Shown: positions 1 through 9,264 of the stretch, piece by piece
Layout: each line of letters begins with the position of its first letter
Position numbering within the stretch: position 1 is the stretch's first letter
Virus record (IMG/VR): IMGVR_UViG_3300019874_000002
Coordinates: 32,001 to 96,000 of that record
DNA: 64,000 nucleotides
Reading direction: 5' to 3' (one strand)
From: a virus
Lineage: Duplodnaviria; Caudoviricetes
Notes under the pieces: generated by a model
The model's database searches: none
Told to the model about the DNA's origin: nothing
What the model saw: the letters and a program-made list of their open reading frames with translations, nothing else
Position numbers and translations under genes: made by a program

Positions 1-137
1 TCAATACGCTCCTTCCTGACGAATCGCGTTGAAATGCGAACATAAAGCGCCACAAATCCAGGCTCCTTTACCCACGCATTACCACGTCCTATGGGTAATG
101 ACGATTTGATAAAATCGTCTAGCGATGGCATCTTCAT
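1..137 (-). CDS. Partial hypothetical protein (runs off the left edge; possibly GNAT-like)
   Basis: ATG at 137 overlaps the preceding stop (ATGA). Open frame MKMPSLDDFIKSSLPIGRGNAWVKEPGFVALYVR continues to the window end. Confidence 0.55.
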   Translation of the reverse strand, partial: MKMPSLDDFIKSSLPIGRGNAWVKEPGFVALYVRISTRFVRKERI

Positions 138-367
138 GACTCACTTACCGGTGTATTTTGACCTAGGTGCACACGCGCACGCAATTCATCCGCGATACCG
201 TCTAATCCCTGGCATTCTAGCTGAGCAACTAATGCGTCCAAACGCTTGACCATGGCGCGATGGTACCTAATCTCAGCAACGGCGCGAGCGATCGTGTCGC
301 GCTGGCCGAGATCCATCGTCAGCTCATCTAAATCTTCGTCTGTCAATTTTTCCGGCGGCATCTTCAT
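134..367 (-). CDS. Hypothetical protein
   Basis: 77-aa ORF, ATGA-coupled on both sides. Confidence 0.7.
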   Translation of the reverse strand: MKMPPEKLTDEDLDELTMDLGQRDTIARAVAEIRYHRAMVKRLDALVAQLECQGLDGIADELRARVHLGQNTPVSES

Positions 368-585
368 CTGTTTCCCAACTCCGCTGATGCCATCTCGAGA
401 ATCGCATACAGCTCATCACGGACAATCGTGAGCGCTTTATTAATCTCAGGATTCTGCTCGGACATCCAGCCGATAGGCAAGACCGGATCATCTGGCGATG
501 ACGCCATTTTGTCAGCAGTCCCCATAAGAACATGATACGCACGTCTACCTCTGCGCTCGATTGCCTTGGCTTCCGATTTAGTCAT
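364..585 (-). CDS. Hypothetical protein
   Basis: 73-aa ORF in operon-like packing. Confidence 0.7.
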   Translation of the reverse strand: MTKSEAKAIERRGRRAYHVLMGTADKMASSPDDPVLPIGWMSEQNPEINKALTIVRDELYAILEMASAELGNR

Positions 586-587
586 CG

Positions 588-1613
588 CTAAACTCCAGTT
601 TTATCTGCGGAACGCTTCGCTGCATCCGCATTGACGAGAGTCTCGGCATCTTCACGACCGAAGACACTATTAATTAGTTCGCGAACCGCGGTCGCTGCTT
701 CCGGGGTGTACTGGTTAAGGAAACTGATGCGCGCGCTGTGATGAGCCGTCGAAAACAGCGCGTAATTCTCCGCCCAATTGATTACCTCTGCTGTAGAAAG
801 GACACACCCCAAGGTCCCTTTCTTGAACCCCTCTCTCGTTTGGTTCGCGATCTTCACCATGGCTTCAATGACTGGCCGTGACACATGGTCACAATCCGGA
901 AATCCAGGTGCGGCCATTCTACGAAGCAATTGAGCGATCTCCTGCGCCGGTTCCAAATAATCCAGGACGACGAATCCGTTAAACCTGCGCATGTCAGCGC
1001 TACTCTGTACCTGCGTATTCACAAACATCCCAGAGTCATCCCCACGACCCTGCGTATTGTCTGTCACGATGAGCTTACAGGGCTCTTTTCCAACTTCGTA
1101 GATGACACGATCCCCATCCTCGGTAAGGACCAATGACCGAGGAAATTCCAAACACGACTTGAGCGCGTTCACCGTTCCAGGATCCTGCGTTGAGTATTCG
1201 TTGATCAGAAGCCAACCTCCCTCTTGCAACCACTTTGGGACAATACCGTCAATGTAAACTGTCTCCCCTCGTCGAGCCGTCCATCGCCCAAACAGATTGG
1301 ACGATGTCATGTGCTCGTGACCGTTGATCTCGAAGAAATTGACATTCAATCGTGCAGCCATCTGGCGAATCAACGATGATTTACCAGAACCGCTCCAACC
1401 AGACAGCCAAACGTTATTCCGCTCCGGTTTCTCCAGGATGGTCAAACACTCCAATGTTTGCATCTCCGGAAATGCGTAAAACTCATCGATTTTTGGAGTC
1501 CGCCTGGTTGGTTTGTCAAACACTGAAAACATGTCGGCTTTCGACACAAGTGCAGACGACAAATTCGGGAATAGGTCAATCAAACTCTTTTGCGATTGCG
1601 TCCTGTCACTCAT
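588..1613 (-). CDS. MoxR/CobS-like AAA+ ATPase
   Basis: Walker A GWSGSGKS, Walker B-like LLINE, TDNTQGRGD sensor region, arginine finger in MRRF. Confidence 0.85.
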   Translation of the reverse strand: MSDRTQSQKSLIDLFPNLSSALVSKADMFSVFDKPTRRTPKIDEFYAFPEMQTLECLTILEKPERNNVWLSGWSGSGKSSLIRQMAARLNVNFFEINGHEHMTSSNLFGRWTARRGETVYIDGIVPKWLQEGGWLLINEYSTQDPGTVNALKSCLEFPRSLVLTEDGDRVIYEVGKEPCKLIVTDNTQGRGDDSGMFVNTQVQSSADMRRFNGFVVLDYLEPAQEIAQLLRRMAAPGFPDCDHVSRPVIEAMVKIANQTREGFKKGTLGCVLSTAEVINWAENYALFSTAHHSARISFLNQYTPEAATAVRELINSVFGREDAETLVNADAAKRSADKTGV

Positions 1614-1616
1614 TGA

Positions 1617-2171
1617 TCATTCATCCTTCTTCTTTTGAAGCTTCGAATTACCTTTTGCTTGCACTTCTCGCTTTATAGCGGCTGCATTAGCCGCAAACTC
1701 TCTGTCCTTGTCGTATCGATCTGAAGGCACGTCGCCAGGAGCACCAACTAATGGCGATAGCGAGGCTAGATTTCGATATTCAGCCTCTGTCCTGCGTTCT
1801 CCTGTCGCTGCGTCAACCACCATCCACTCGGTGCACGGCTTGTTAAGTGCTACCCAAAGCAAACCAGCATCGCTTTCTCGAGGATTAAATCCCTGGCATG
1901 TGGTGACACGAGTCCCTCGATATGGGGCCTCTTTTTCGTGGAGCGAAGCATACTCGTCGCAATTGAGACAGCGCGCCAAGACAATCCTACGACGAAACGT
2001 GCGTAACCCAAACTTGCGCTTGAGGTACGGCACGTAGTCACACGCATAACAATACTCGTCGGTGATGTCTGGCGCTCGTCGGTAGCACAATGCGAGCGGA
2101 ACGTCTCGTCCTTTGTATGGGCAAACATGCACGATCTGGCTTGCAATGATCGTCAGCGCTTTGGTCCTCAT
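1617..2171 (-). CDS. Hypothetical Cys-rich protein
   Basis: 184-aa ORF with several CxxC pairs. Confidence 0.65.
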   Translation of the reverse strand: MRTKALTIIASQIVHVCPYKGRDVPLALCYRRAPDITDEYCYACDYVPYLKRKFGLRTFRRRIVLARCLNCDEYASLHEKEAPYRGTRVTTCQGFNPRESDAGLLWVALNKPCTEWMVVDAATGERRTEAEYRNLASLSPLVGAPGDVPSDRYDKDREFAANAAAIKREVQAKGNSKLQKKKDE

Positions 2172-2175
2172 TTGC

Positions 2176-2448
2176 TTAATTGAATTGGACTAAGGCCCAA
2201 AACTCACTAGAAAACGAAGCATCGTTAGCACATTTTCGATAGCATGCAATGCGACATGCAAGAGTTATCGCTGCAAATTCACATTGCAAAATGTCTACCG
2301 CGCGCGCGGAAACCGTCAGTGCATCTCCTTTACTGAAAGCATAAGCGAAAGAGGTTCGAATGTACTCCTTCGAAACCGCCAGCTCTCGTAATACTATTGA
2401 ATACGCTTGCACCAATTCTGCATTACCTTCTTGATCAACCTGCGGCAC
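2176..2448 (-). CDS. Hypothetical protein
   Basis: 90 aa, GTG start preceded by a GGAG-rich RBS. Confidence 0.6.
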   Translation of the reverse strand: MPQVDQEGNAELVQAYSIVLRELAVSKEYIRTSFAYAFSKGDALTVSARAVDILQCEFAAITLACRIACYRKCANDASFSSEFWALVQFN

Positions 2449-2562
2449 CTTGCGCTCCCTTCCTCCCTTTTGGAGTGTATCGTAAACCTAGCAGTTCGTC
2501 CCTGGTACCCTGCGTCATCTGTTCACTGTTGTCTTATTGACAACTCGTAAGAGCTAGCAGTT

Positions 2563-3021
2563 TCAACTGAAATCTCCTCGTCTGTACCTCGCTGCGCGCT
2601 GCAAAATTTTGCGATGGTAGGGCTCTTTACCAGCGCCGCATGATGCTGGCTGCCTAGCCCCTGCAATGCCACAACCGTAACCAGCGAGCGCACAGCTCAA
2701 ACCACCGCGACACCAGGAGAGCCATGCGCGCAGCTCTTTTCTACGCGCATGCCAGCTCTCCATAAATCCTTGCGTTTTTCGACAATCACGCTCGGTATAT
2801 TTTTCGACTTGCCACAAACCACAGAAATACGGTCCTTTCCAATGACTCGGAAACGACTTGTCCCAATGGCCAACTTCTCGCCTTCCATCAACTGACCTGG
2901 ACACAGCTTGAAAGTCTAAACGACTTTCCTCCCACGCTTGCGCCAATGCGAGCGCCGGATCGTACTCCGGAGAAACATTTCCACTGATCAGTCTGATTGC
3001 AATGAGCACTAGATAAAGCAT
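2563..3021 (-). CDS. Lytic transglycosylase (SLT/lysozyme-like) with N-terminal hydrophobic segment
   Basis: AWEESRL catalytic Glu motif, CGLWQV (GLMQ-like), ALAGYGCG (AYN-G-like); MLYLVLIAIRLI N-terminus. Confidence 0.7.
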   Translation of the reverse strand: MLYLVLIAIRLISGNVSPEYDPALALAQAWEESRLDFQAVSRSVDGRREVGHWDKSFPSHWKGPYFCGLWQVEKYTERDCRKTQGFMESWHARRKELRAWLSWCRGGLSCALAGYGCGIAGARQPASCGAGKEPYHRKILQRAARYRRGDFS

Positions 3022-3027
3022 GCGGCC

Positions 3028-3234
3028 CTATACCACAACCTTGAACGCGAACAAAGTCTTCCGCGCACGCGTTTCTGACATCGACCCTAGCCACTCACGA
3101 GCGTCCAAAGGTAGCAACTGCCAAAGACGGTACTGGATTAAACCGTCAAGCGATCGCTCACAAAGAGCAGCCATTACCCAATCCATGCATTTAATCGCTT
3201 GATCGTAAATCTTTTGCCACTCCTCTGGAGTCAT
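3028..3234 (-). CDS. Hypothetical protein
   Basis: 68 aa, coupled to neighbours. Confidence 0.6.
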   Translation of the reverse strand: MTPEEWQKIYDQAIKCMDWVMAALCERSLDGLIQYRLWQLLPLDAREWLGSMSETRARKTLFAFKVVV

Positions 3235-3566
3235 TCTTGATTATTCCTCCCTTTCATCCGGGTTGGCTTTGCCGGACCAATTGCAGCCGCAACGTCCATT
3301 GCATTCTTCGCCTTGCCTGCCTGAATTGCAGCTTCGTGACTCCACGCATCAGCTTTGGAGGGAAAGCAATCCGGCGTTCGGTAAAACAACGTAATAGAGA
3401 TGCAATGGTACGCCGAATCCGACGATTGTGACACTACGGTATCAACGATCGTTTTGTCTGGATTCAGACGAATCCAATCGGTGACTTGATCGCCGAGCAT
3501 CGCGTGCTCACGGAACATTGTAGCCACGAAAACCTTCACACCATTAAACGAAGCAATCATTTCCAA
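3231..3566 (-). CDS. Small conserved protein resembling a myxobacterial family
   Basis: FNGVKVFVATM...LGDQVTDWIR...IVDTVVSQSSDSAYHCISITLFY; family recognised from memory. Confidence 0.65.
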   Translation of the reverse strand: MEMIASFNGVKVFVATMFREHAMLGDQVTDWIRLNPDKTIVDTVVSQSSDSAYHCISITLFYRTPDCFPSKADAWSHEAAIQAGKAKNAMDVAAAIGPAKPTRMKGRNNQE

Positions 3567-3596
3567 CCTTCTTTCTCACCTAAAATGTCAAAGACT

Positions 3597-3893
3597 TCAA
3601 ATCGTACGCGTCAGCCACCAGTGATACCCATCCACCAATATGTTTGGATTACCTTTCATCACCATTGCTCCTGGCGGCCCTAATAGAGTCCAACCATCTG
3701 CTAGCATCTCCAAAACAGTACCGTATGATGGGAGGTTGGGTGATGGCGTGTACCCAATAAATATTTTATTTGGGTTGACACCGTGGGGTGCTGCTTTTCT
3801 TACAAATAAAGATGAATCCTCGAAAGTCCAGCCATCGATTGAACACCTAAGATCCTCACGACTCGTCCAAACCTTTGCAATCTGCATACTCAC
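3597..3893 (-). CDS. Hypothetical protein
   Basis: 98 aa; YGTVLEMLADGWTLLGPP motif; RBS AGGAGG. Confidence 0.65.
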   Translation of the reverse strand: MSMQIAKVWTSREDLRCSIDGWTFEDSSLFVRKAAPHGVNPNKIFIGYTPSPNLPSYGTVLEMLADGWTLLGPPGAMVMKGNPNILVDGYHWWLTRTI

Positions 3894-4684
3894 CCTCCTT
3901 TGTGCGCTGTGCGACGATGCTGTTTGAAGTAGCGCTCTCCTGCACGCAATCTTTCCTGATTGCGCTCCACATCAGCATGAATTTTGTAATCACCAATAAA
4001 ACGCGAACGTGATCTCAAAGCCTCCCAAATGTCATTATCCACACTGTAGCATTCGCAAAACTCGTTATACTCGTGGCAAAAATCGCAATATTCGCCAGAG
4101 TAAGCATAGTAAGGAGCCTCGCGCTCAGCAGCACCTCCATCATCGTGATCGACATGCCCAGCAACCCACAAATCGCGCCATTCTGGATCCTGCACACTAG
4201 GAGCAGCCCACATATCGTCAAAAGGCCATCGCCCACGATCACAATCGTTATCCGAAATAGAATAGCACGAATCATCATCGTCATCACGTTCTGATTGAAT
4301 CAGATCCATTATGTAGCCATCGTCGTAATCTTCCATTGTGTATAGAGCATCACACACAACGCAATCGATCTCTTCTGGCGATAAAATAGGCGCGTAAACG
4401 CGCTCCATTTTAGAACGCCAGCGCCGCGGCAATTGCATTACTTTGTCGAAATCACGCTCCAATTGACGCAAGCCTAACTCCTCGCGGATCTCCTTCTGGC
4501 CTTGCTGGCGCACTGCTTTCCGCAAGCTGCGCCGGATTGCGGTATCAACCGGCGTGCTTGACCATTTACTCCTTTTACTCGTCCGACGCCGCCCACGATT
4601 GCCTCGGCATTCCTTCGGCCGACAATCAAGATACGCCATCAAACCGCCATACATCCGCCCACGCGTCGATCCATACCGTCTCAT
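3890..4684 (-). CDS. Hypothetical protein (basic N-terminus, acidic C-terminus)
   Basis: Start reassigned to the ATG at 4684 (MRRYG...), which overlaps the upstream stop as ATGA. Confidence 0.6.
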   Translation of the reverse strand: MRRYGSTRGRMYGGLMAYLDCRPKECRGNRGRRRTSKRSKWSSTPVDTAIRRSLRKAVRQQGQKEIREELGLRQLERDFDKVMQLPRRWRSKMERVYAPILSPEEIDCVVCDALYTMEDYDDGYIMDLIQSERDDDDDSCYSISDNDCDRGRWPFDDMWAAPSVQDPEWRDLWVAGHVDHDDGGAAEREAPYYAYSGEYCDFCHEYNEFCECYSVDNDIWEALRSRSRFIGDYKIHADVERNQERLRAGERYFKQHRRTAHKGG

Positions 4685-4980
4685 CTCAGGTACATCTCTT
4701 TCTCGTCGTCGCTCCAATCCGGACCATTCCACTCATCCATCGTAATGCCATTACCATCAATGCTGGGGTTAGAGTGCTGACCATTTCCGCGGCACCGATC
4801 GCAGATCTCCCACACTGCCGGTAGCTCGTGCTCGTCTTCTGCGTCAATCATGTCGCCAAGCAGCGTGGGAATGCATTGCGTACTCGGATGCGCTTTGAGC
4901 CACGCATCTTGCTCGTCTACGTCATCTTGCGTTGCAGGACGTTCGCCATACAGCGTGATTTTGATCTTCTGATTAGCCAT
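4681..4980 (-). CDS. Hypothetical protein with a CxxCxGxG Zn-finger half-motif
   Basis: ELPAVWEICDRCRGNG; only one CxxC pair is present. Confidence 0.65.
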   Translation of the reverse strand: MANQKIKITLYGERPATQDDVDEQDAWLKAHPSTQCIPTLLGDMIDAEDEHELPAVWEICDRCRGNGQHSNPSIDGNGITMDEWNGPDWSDDEKEMYLR

Positions 4981-5277
4981 TTATTTCACCGCTTTCGACT
5001 TGGCACACTTCTTCGTGTGAACCGAGTATCCTCTGCTATAACCTACCGTCGTGTTCACTCGGCTATAGCTGCAGGTGCACGGAGTGTCAGAACGAATGGA
5101 CGAGATCTCGTCTTCTACAACGGCTATCTCGGTCCGGATAGACTCCTTCAAGTCAAACAAAAAATCCAAAGCTTGCGTTGGTGTCATCTCCGCGATGGTG
5201 TCTTCAACGTTCGTCAGAATAAAGTCGCGATGCGCGCTCACTTTCGATGCAGCGAGCTTCTTTTTATTTTGAGTCAC
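4981..5277 (-). CDS. Hypothetical protein
   Basis: 98 aa, coupled. Confidence 0.6.
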   Translation of the reverse strand: MTQNKKKLAASKVSAHRDFILTNVEDTIAEMTPTQALDFLFDLKESIRTEIAVVEDEISSIRSDTPCTCSYSRVNTTVGYSRGYSVHTKKCAKSKAVK

Positions 5278-5468
5278 AGCGCCGCCTCCTTGATATCAAA
5301 CGTCTTACGAATCCGCGTGCGCAAACCGCGCGGCATCTTGCCGCTCGTCGGCTCACACATTTGACGCCGATACTCACGCGCTGCACGCCTGCTTTCCGCC
5401 GTCCAGTGCGGCAACTCGTGACCATCCTCAAGCACGATAAACAACGTCCAGTTCCTGGGGTTCATCAC
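5274..5468 (-). CDS. Hypothetical protein
   Basis: 64 aa, coupled. Confidence 0.55.
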   Translation of the reverse strand: MMNPRNWTLFIVLEDGHELPHWTAESRRAAREYRRQMCEPTSGKMPRGLRTRIRKTFDIKEAAL

Positions 5469-5743
5469 TCACCGTCCTTCTTTTGTTTGATCTGGAGTGT
5501 GTTCCACACGCGTTCTTGCCAGCCTCTAGGAGGTTCAGTGTCTGGTAGCTCGGAGATTGCGCCAATCAAACGCTTCTCCGCCAAAGCGTCAAACCAGCCA
5601 TCAACGTACGCTTCGATCTCCTTTTTGGAATCCAAAACAGTCCACGGACGACGATTACGGCGCGGTTTCTTTGTCTCCCATTGGGTTTTCAACTTATCCA
5701 TCGCGAGGAGACGAACGCGCGCACGTTCACTATCGTAGCTCAC
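5465..5743 (-). CDS. Hypothetical protein
   Basis: 92 aa, coupled. Confidence 0.6.
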   Translation of the reverse strand: MSYDSERARVRLLAMDKLKTQWETKKPRRNRRPWTVLDSKKEIEAYVDGWFDALAEKRLIGAISELPDTEPPRGWQERVWNTLQIKQKKDGE

Positions 5744-5970
5744 CCTTTCACACCCTTGGCTTTTCGCACCTTCGCCTCGTGCGCATTCAGTGCTGTCACG
5801 ATGACGCGTGCCTCAGCCTCGGTGCACGTTGCAACATGATCCCAGACCTGATCAGCCTCTGAAAAGTATGGATTCAAGCGCTCAACAGTCGCAACACTTC
5901 CGGAGTACCCTTGACTTCTAAAACGATAGATCTCCTTGACTGCGACCTTACGCGTCACAGAGTCTCCCAT
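5740..5970 (-). CDS. Hypothetical protein
   Basis: 76 aa, coupled. Confidence 0.55.
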   Translation of the reverse strand: MGDSVTRKVAVKEIYRFRSQGYSGSVATVERLNPYFSEADQVWDHVATCTEAEARVIVTALNAHEAKVRKAKGVKG

Positions 5971-6434
5971 ACTTGCGTTACACGATTAAGGTACTCAATC
6001 TCAATTGCGCCAGCGTTTGGCTTGGCGAAATCCTCCAATGGTCCAAACATGCTGTCATCTTCGGGACCGATGTAGCGACCCTCGTAGTAAACCTCTCCGT
6101 CTGCGTCTTTGCAGCGCCACTTCCAGCCTAGCGCGTTGAAAATCTTAGCACAATGCTCACGAGCATCACGGCGCTCTCGCTCAGACCAGCCTGGACGAGT
6201 TGCTACGGTAAGATCAATCGCTGCGACCTCGTGATCCTCATTAAACATTTGAAGAATTTGCGCGTCTGTAATTGTCTCAGCAGTCAGTGGCTCATTCTTC
6301 TGCAGTGCCAACTTAATTGACTCTGAGATATCGCGTGGACCGAACGTGCCGACGTCGCTCCCAATATCATCGGCGACTGCATCCAGCGTGCACAAGTAAT
6401 CGATGGTCACAATCCATCCGTATTCAGCGCTCAT
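5955..6434 (-). CDS. Hypothetical phage protein
   Basis: Start reassigned to the ATG at 6434 (ATGA overlap); DADGEVYYEGR...GPLEDFAKPNAGAIEIEY motif. Confidence 0.65.
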   Translation of the reverse strand: MSAEYGWIVTIDYLCTLDAVADDIGSDVGTFGPRDISESIKLALQKNEPLTAETITDAQILQMFNEDHEVAAIDLTVATRPGWSERERRDAREHCAKIFNALGWKWRCKDADGEVYYEGRYIGPEDDSMFGPLEDFAKPNAGAIEIEYLNRVTQVWETL

Positions 6435-6652
6435 TGTGGTCCTCGCGCTTTGCGTTGGACAGCCCAATCAAATCCACAACGCACGCTGCAGAATGCATTG
6501 CATCCGTGCGCGCCCATTGTCGGTGCTCCGTGATCTGCGGTCGGAATCTTCGCGAGCACATCAGCGCGCATTTGGTTTGGTGTTCCTGCCCTCCACTTCC
6601 ATGGCGAGAGTTTCTTTCCGCATTGGCTACACCACGTCGTCGGAGTCGTCAT
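6431..6652 (-). CDS. Small Zn-binding protein
   Basis: CSQCGK ... FCSVRC. Confidence 0.6.
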   Translation of the reverse strand: MTTPTTWCSQCGKKLSPWKWRAGTPNQMRADVLAKIPTADHGAPTMGAHGCNAFCSVRCGFDWAVQRKARGPQ

Positions 6653-6653
6653 T

Positions 6654-7487
6654 TTACTTCTTCCCCTTTGCAGACTTTGAAGATTTCGACTTTGCAGACT
6701 TCACACGCTGCTTTGCAATGCGCTTTGTCGTAGCAGCTGCTTTATTGACCACCTTTACAGCTCCTACGTTCGTCTTGGGCGTTGCTTTAACCTCCACGTC
6801 CGCCAACGCTAGGTTGCACGCGTCGAACGCTACGCGACATGCTTCAAGCGCTACCGCTGCCTCTGTGCCGTCGTGCGTGCGCGCGGACAGAAACAGCGCC
6901 ACGAATGCCGCGCCTACCGCTGCAACCTGGCCGTCGATAAACGCATGGGTCGCGCGCTCGAATGCGCTCCTAGCGTCGATCTTGGGCGCAGCCATTTCGC
7001 ACTCCGGCATGAGCCGCGCGCCTTCAAACGCGCTTTGAGGAATCGTCCGCATGCCTTCGACAACGCTCGTGATAGCGCGCGCTGCAGCCTCCCTACGCTC
7101 TTTCTTCGCCATGCGCCGTTCTGCTTTGGTTTCCTCCAAACTCATCACCACAGCCTTGCGCTCTTGGCGCTTCGCCTCTGCCTCTGCTAGCGCAACTTGA
7201 TGCACTTGCAATTCCGTTGGCATTGGGGCAATCACAGCCTTTTTCACCTCGATCACAGGCTCCGGCTCGGCCGGTGGCGTGGGGGGATCAAATTTCTTCT
7301 TTTTGGTGAACACCGGTGCTGCCACCTTGTCAGCTTCGCTTGCAAGCACGCGGTAATCGCACGGCGTACCGTTCTCCTTATCCGGGCACGCCATCGTATC
7401 GCCAGCAAGCTGGGGGAAAATCTTCTTCAACAGTAACCGCAATTCTGCGGTCGGATGCTTTGGACAATTCGGCATAAACCTACTCAC
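6654..7487 (-). CDS. Hypothetical protein, Lys/Ala-rich C-terminus
   Basis: 277 aa; N-terminal CPKH...C...C, basic tail. Confidence 0.7.
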   Translation of the reverse strand: MSRFMPNCPKHPTAELRLLLKKIFPQLAGDTMACPDKENGTPCDYRVLASEADKVAAPVFTKKKKFDPPTPPAEPEPVIEVKKAVIAPMPTELQVHQVALAEAEAKRQERKAVVMSLEETKAERRMAKKERREAAARAITSVVEGMRTIPQSAFEGARLMPECEMAAPKIDARSAFERATHAFIDGQVAAVGAAFVALFLSARTHDGTEAAVALEACRVAFDACNLALADVEVKATPKTNVGAVKVVNKAAATTKRIAKQRVKSAKSKSSKSAKGKK

Positions 7488-7756
7488 TCCTTTTCAAACA
7501 GAAAAACCAGGTTGTTGTACGTGATGACACCTCTACTACTTGTGTCAAATCTCCAAATGAAAATACTACACAGGCTCCGATCTCTCCAGTTATCTGGAAT
7601 AAACCAACAGAGATTACCACCGTCGCCTATATGGTCAACCGTCCCTGTTGGCTCTTTGGGTGGGACCACGTTCAGAAAGGAACCGGAAAACGTTCCAAAG
7701 CCAATGCGATCACCTTTCCTAGGTGATCTATCGGCGCTGTAGTTTACACACGCCAT
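7484..7756 (-). CDS. Hypothetical protein
   Basis: 90 aa, coupled. Confidence 0.55.
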   Translation of the reverse strand: MACVNYSADRSPRKGDRIGFGTFSGSFLNVVPPKEPTGTVDHIGDGGNLCWFIPDNWRDRSLCSIFIWRFDTSSRGVITYNNLVFLFEKE

Positions 7757-8283
7757 TTGTGGCTCGCTTTCCTGAAGCTCTCCACATCCGGATAGCCTTG
7801 CGCTTTGGCGACAGCTTCGTCTGAAGGCTTTTCGAGTACGCGTGTTTTGATCTCGCTACCCTCCGCATAACCAAGATGGCTGGTCATGATGTCATGCGCT
7901 CTGCGGTTCGTCAGATCAAACCCATCCGCCACCCACAGCTGAGCTACACTGATCTCGACGGTCCATTTGAAAAATCCATCCGCGTCTGGATTGGCTTCAG
8001 ACGGAGCGTTCTCTACTGGAAACAGCTCTGACATGCCACCGAACACGTTCGATCCTGGCTCGCGATACATGATATAGCCGCAGATGTGACACGACTGCTT
8101 ATACGGGTGCACGTTGATCCTGTACAGCTTGCAGGTCAATGGCGCGGCTCTACCGGCGCGGTAGGTCGCCTCGCAATCAATGCACACGACCTTGAGACCA
8201 CCATTAACCCCTGGCACGAGGAAACCGATAGGGTCATTTGAAAACGTGATCGCTGCGGAGTCAAACTTGTCATCAATCGACAT
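7744..8283 (-). CDS. Hypothetical protein (two CxxC pairs plus a C-terminal WVADGFDLT domain)
   Basis: Start reassigned to the ATG at 8283, after an AGGAGAGAGG RBS. Confidence 0.65.
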   Translation of the reverse strand: MSIDDKFDSAAITFSNDPIGFLVPGVNGGLKVVCIDCEATYRAGRAAPLTCKLYRINVHPYKQSCHICGYIMYREPGSNVFGGMSELFPVENAPSEANPDADGFFKWTVEISVAQLWVADGFDLTNRRAHDIMTSHLGYAEGSEIKTRVLEKPSDEAVAKAQGYPDVESFRKASHKWRV

Positions 8284-8323
8284 GGGAACCTCTCTCCTAT
8301 TGAAATGGATCAAACCTGAACAG

Positions 8324-8363
8324 AACACGCCTAAACGTTGTACCAAAGTACATGACCTTGCAA
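8324..8363 (-). promoter_or_regulatory. Degenerate copy of the repeated promoter/stem-loop element
   Basis: aacacgcctaaacg (12/14 match to the 61-bp repeat) + tgtac/gtaca palindrome + ccttg; intergenic, upstream of the gene starting at 8283. Confidence 0.45.
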
Positions 8364-8391
8364 CGATGGCCACTTGACCAGCGCTGGTCTA

Positions 8392-8607
8392 CTACAACAA
8401 TTGCACTTCCCAATTGTGAATTTCCCACTGCTCATCCTTCGTCAGGAGCCGGCCGTCGCATCGCTCGACAAAGCGATCACTGTAGCCAACTACCTTCGTT
8501 TTACACTGCAGGTAATCCGTTGCTACGCATTTCAATGCATCGACAATCGTCTGATGCGCGTGCCCACACGTACCACGAATGTCACCTCGAGTTGTGTACA
8601 TTTGCAC
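8392..8607 (-). CDS. Hypothetical protein
   Basis: YTTRGDIRGTCGHAHQT motif; GGAGG RBS. Confidence 0.6.
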   Translation of the reverse strand: MQMYTTRGDIRGTCGHAHQTIVDALKCVATDYLQCKTKVVGYSDRFVERCDGRLLTKDEQWEIHNWEVQLL

Positions 8608-8632
8608 CCTCCAAATCTCTCTATCGTGAGTC

Positions 8633-8806
8633 CTACTTCACTGGAGGCTTGCAGCAAGCCTTAAGCTGGTCCAATTGCCTTTGAGTAAGAACAACGGTGT
8701 CGTTACTCAATACGGTGGATTCCACAAACTCCACCTGGATACTGATGTTACCGTCATCCCAATTGACCACAAATTCATAGCTATCATCCAACATTTTTCT
8801 TGCCAT
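8633..8806 (-). CDS. Hypothetical protein
   Basis: Start reassigned to the ATG at 8806 (AAGGAG RBS). Confidence 0.5.
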   Translation of the reverse strand: MARKMLDDSYEFVVNWDDGNISIQVEFVESTVLSNDTVVLTQRQLDQLKACCKPPVK

Positions 8807-8834
8807 AGCTCCTTTTCTTACAACCCTTGCAAAA

Positions 8835-9092
8835 CTACTCCCCTTCGATCGCGATTTCCAGCCACGTATTGACGATACCAGCCTGATTATTGACGATGCA
8901 ATCAATCAAAGCTGTAACCAGAGTCTCGTTTTCGGTCTCGTTATAAAACAAAGCTGTCTGAGACAAAGACGATTGCAGCGCACGTGTCAAAGCCTTTCCT
9001 TCGTCGGTTGTCCTCAATTGGCGCAACGCTGTAGCGCGCAATATCTTTAGGATCTCGTCCTGCGTCGGCCTCGGATGTTTGTTACCTTCCAT
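8835..9092 (-). CDS. Hypothetical protein
   Basis: Start reassigned to MEGNKHP (AAGGAG RBS). Confidence 0.55.
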   Translation of the reverse strand: MEGNKHPRPTQDEILKILRATALRQLRTTDEGKALTRALQSSLSQTALFYNETENETLVTALIDCIVNNQAGIVNTWLEIAIEGE

Positions 9093-9264
9093 GACCCATC
9101 TCCTTGAGAGATGCGATAATCGCATCGTTGCAATGACGCCACCCAACCCACGCCAAAGAATCCAAACGCCATACTGATGCCGACGGCCGTTGACGGTGAA
9201 ACTTGCGCTGCGCTCGCTTTGCGCGTTTACGACGCGCCTTGGTCAGATCTGAAGTATCCATCAA
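9082..9264 (-). CDS. Hypothetical basic protein
   Basis: 60 aa, coupled. Confidence 0.45.
   Translation of the reverse strand: MMDTSDLTKARRKRAKRAQRKFHRQRPSASVWRLDSLAWVGWRHCNDAIIASLKEMGHGR

Noticed and set aside
2345-2380. GGTTCGAAT resembling a tRNA T-loop
   Set aside because: Lies inside a CDS with no cloverleaf or acceptor stem; no tRNA was recognised anywhere in the window.
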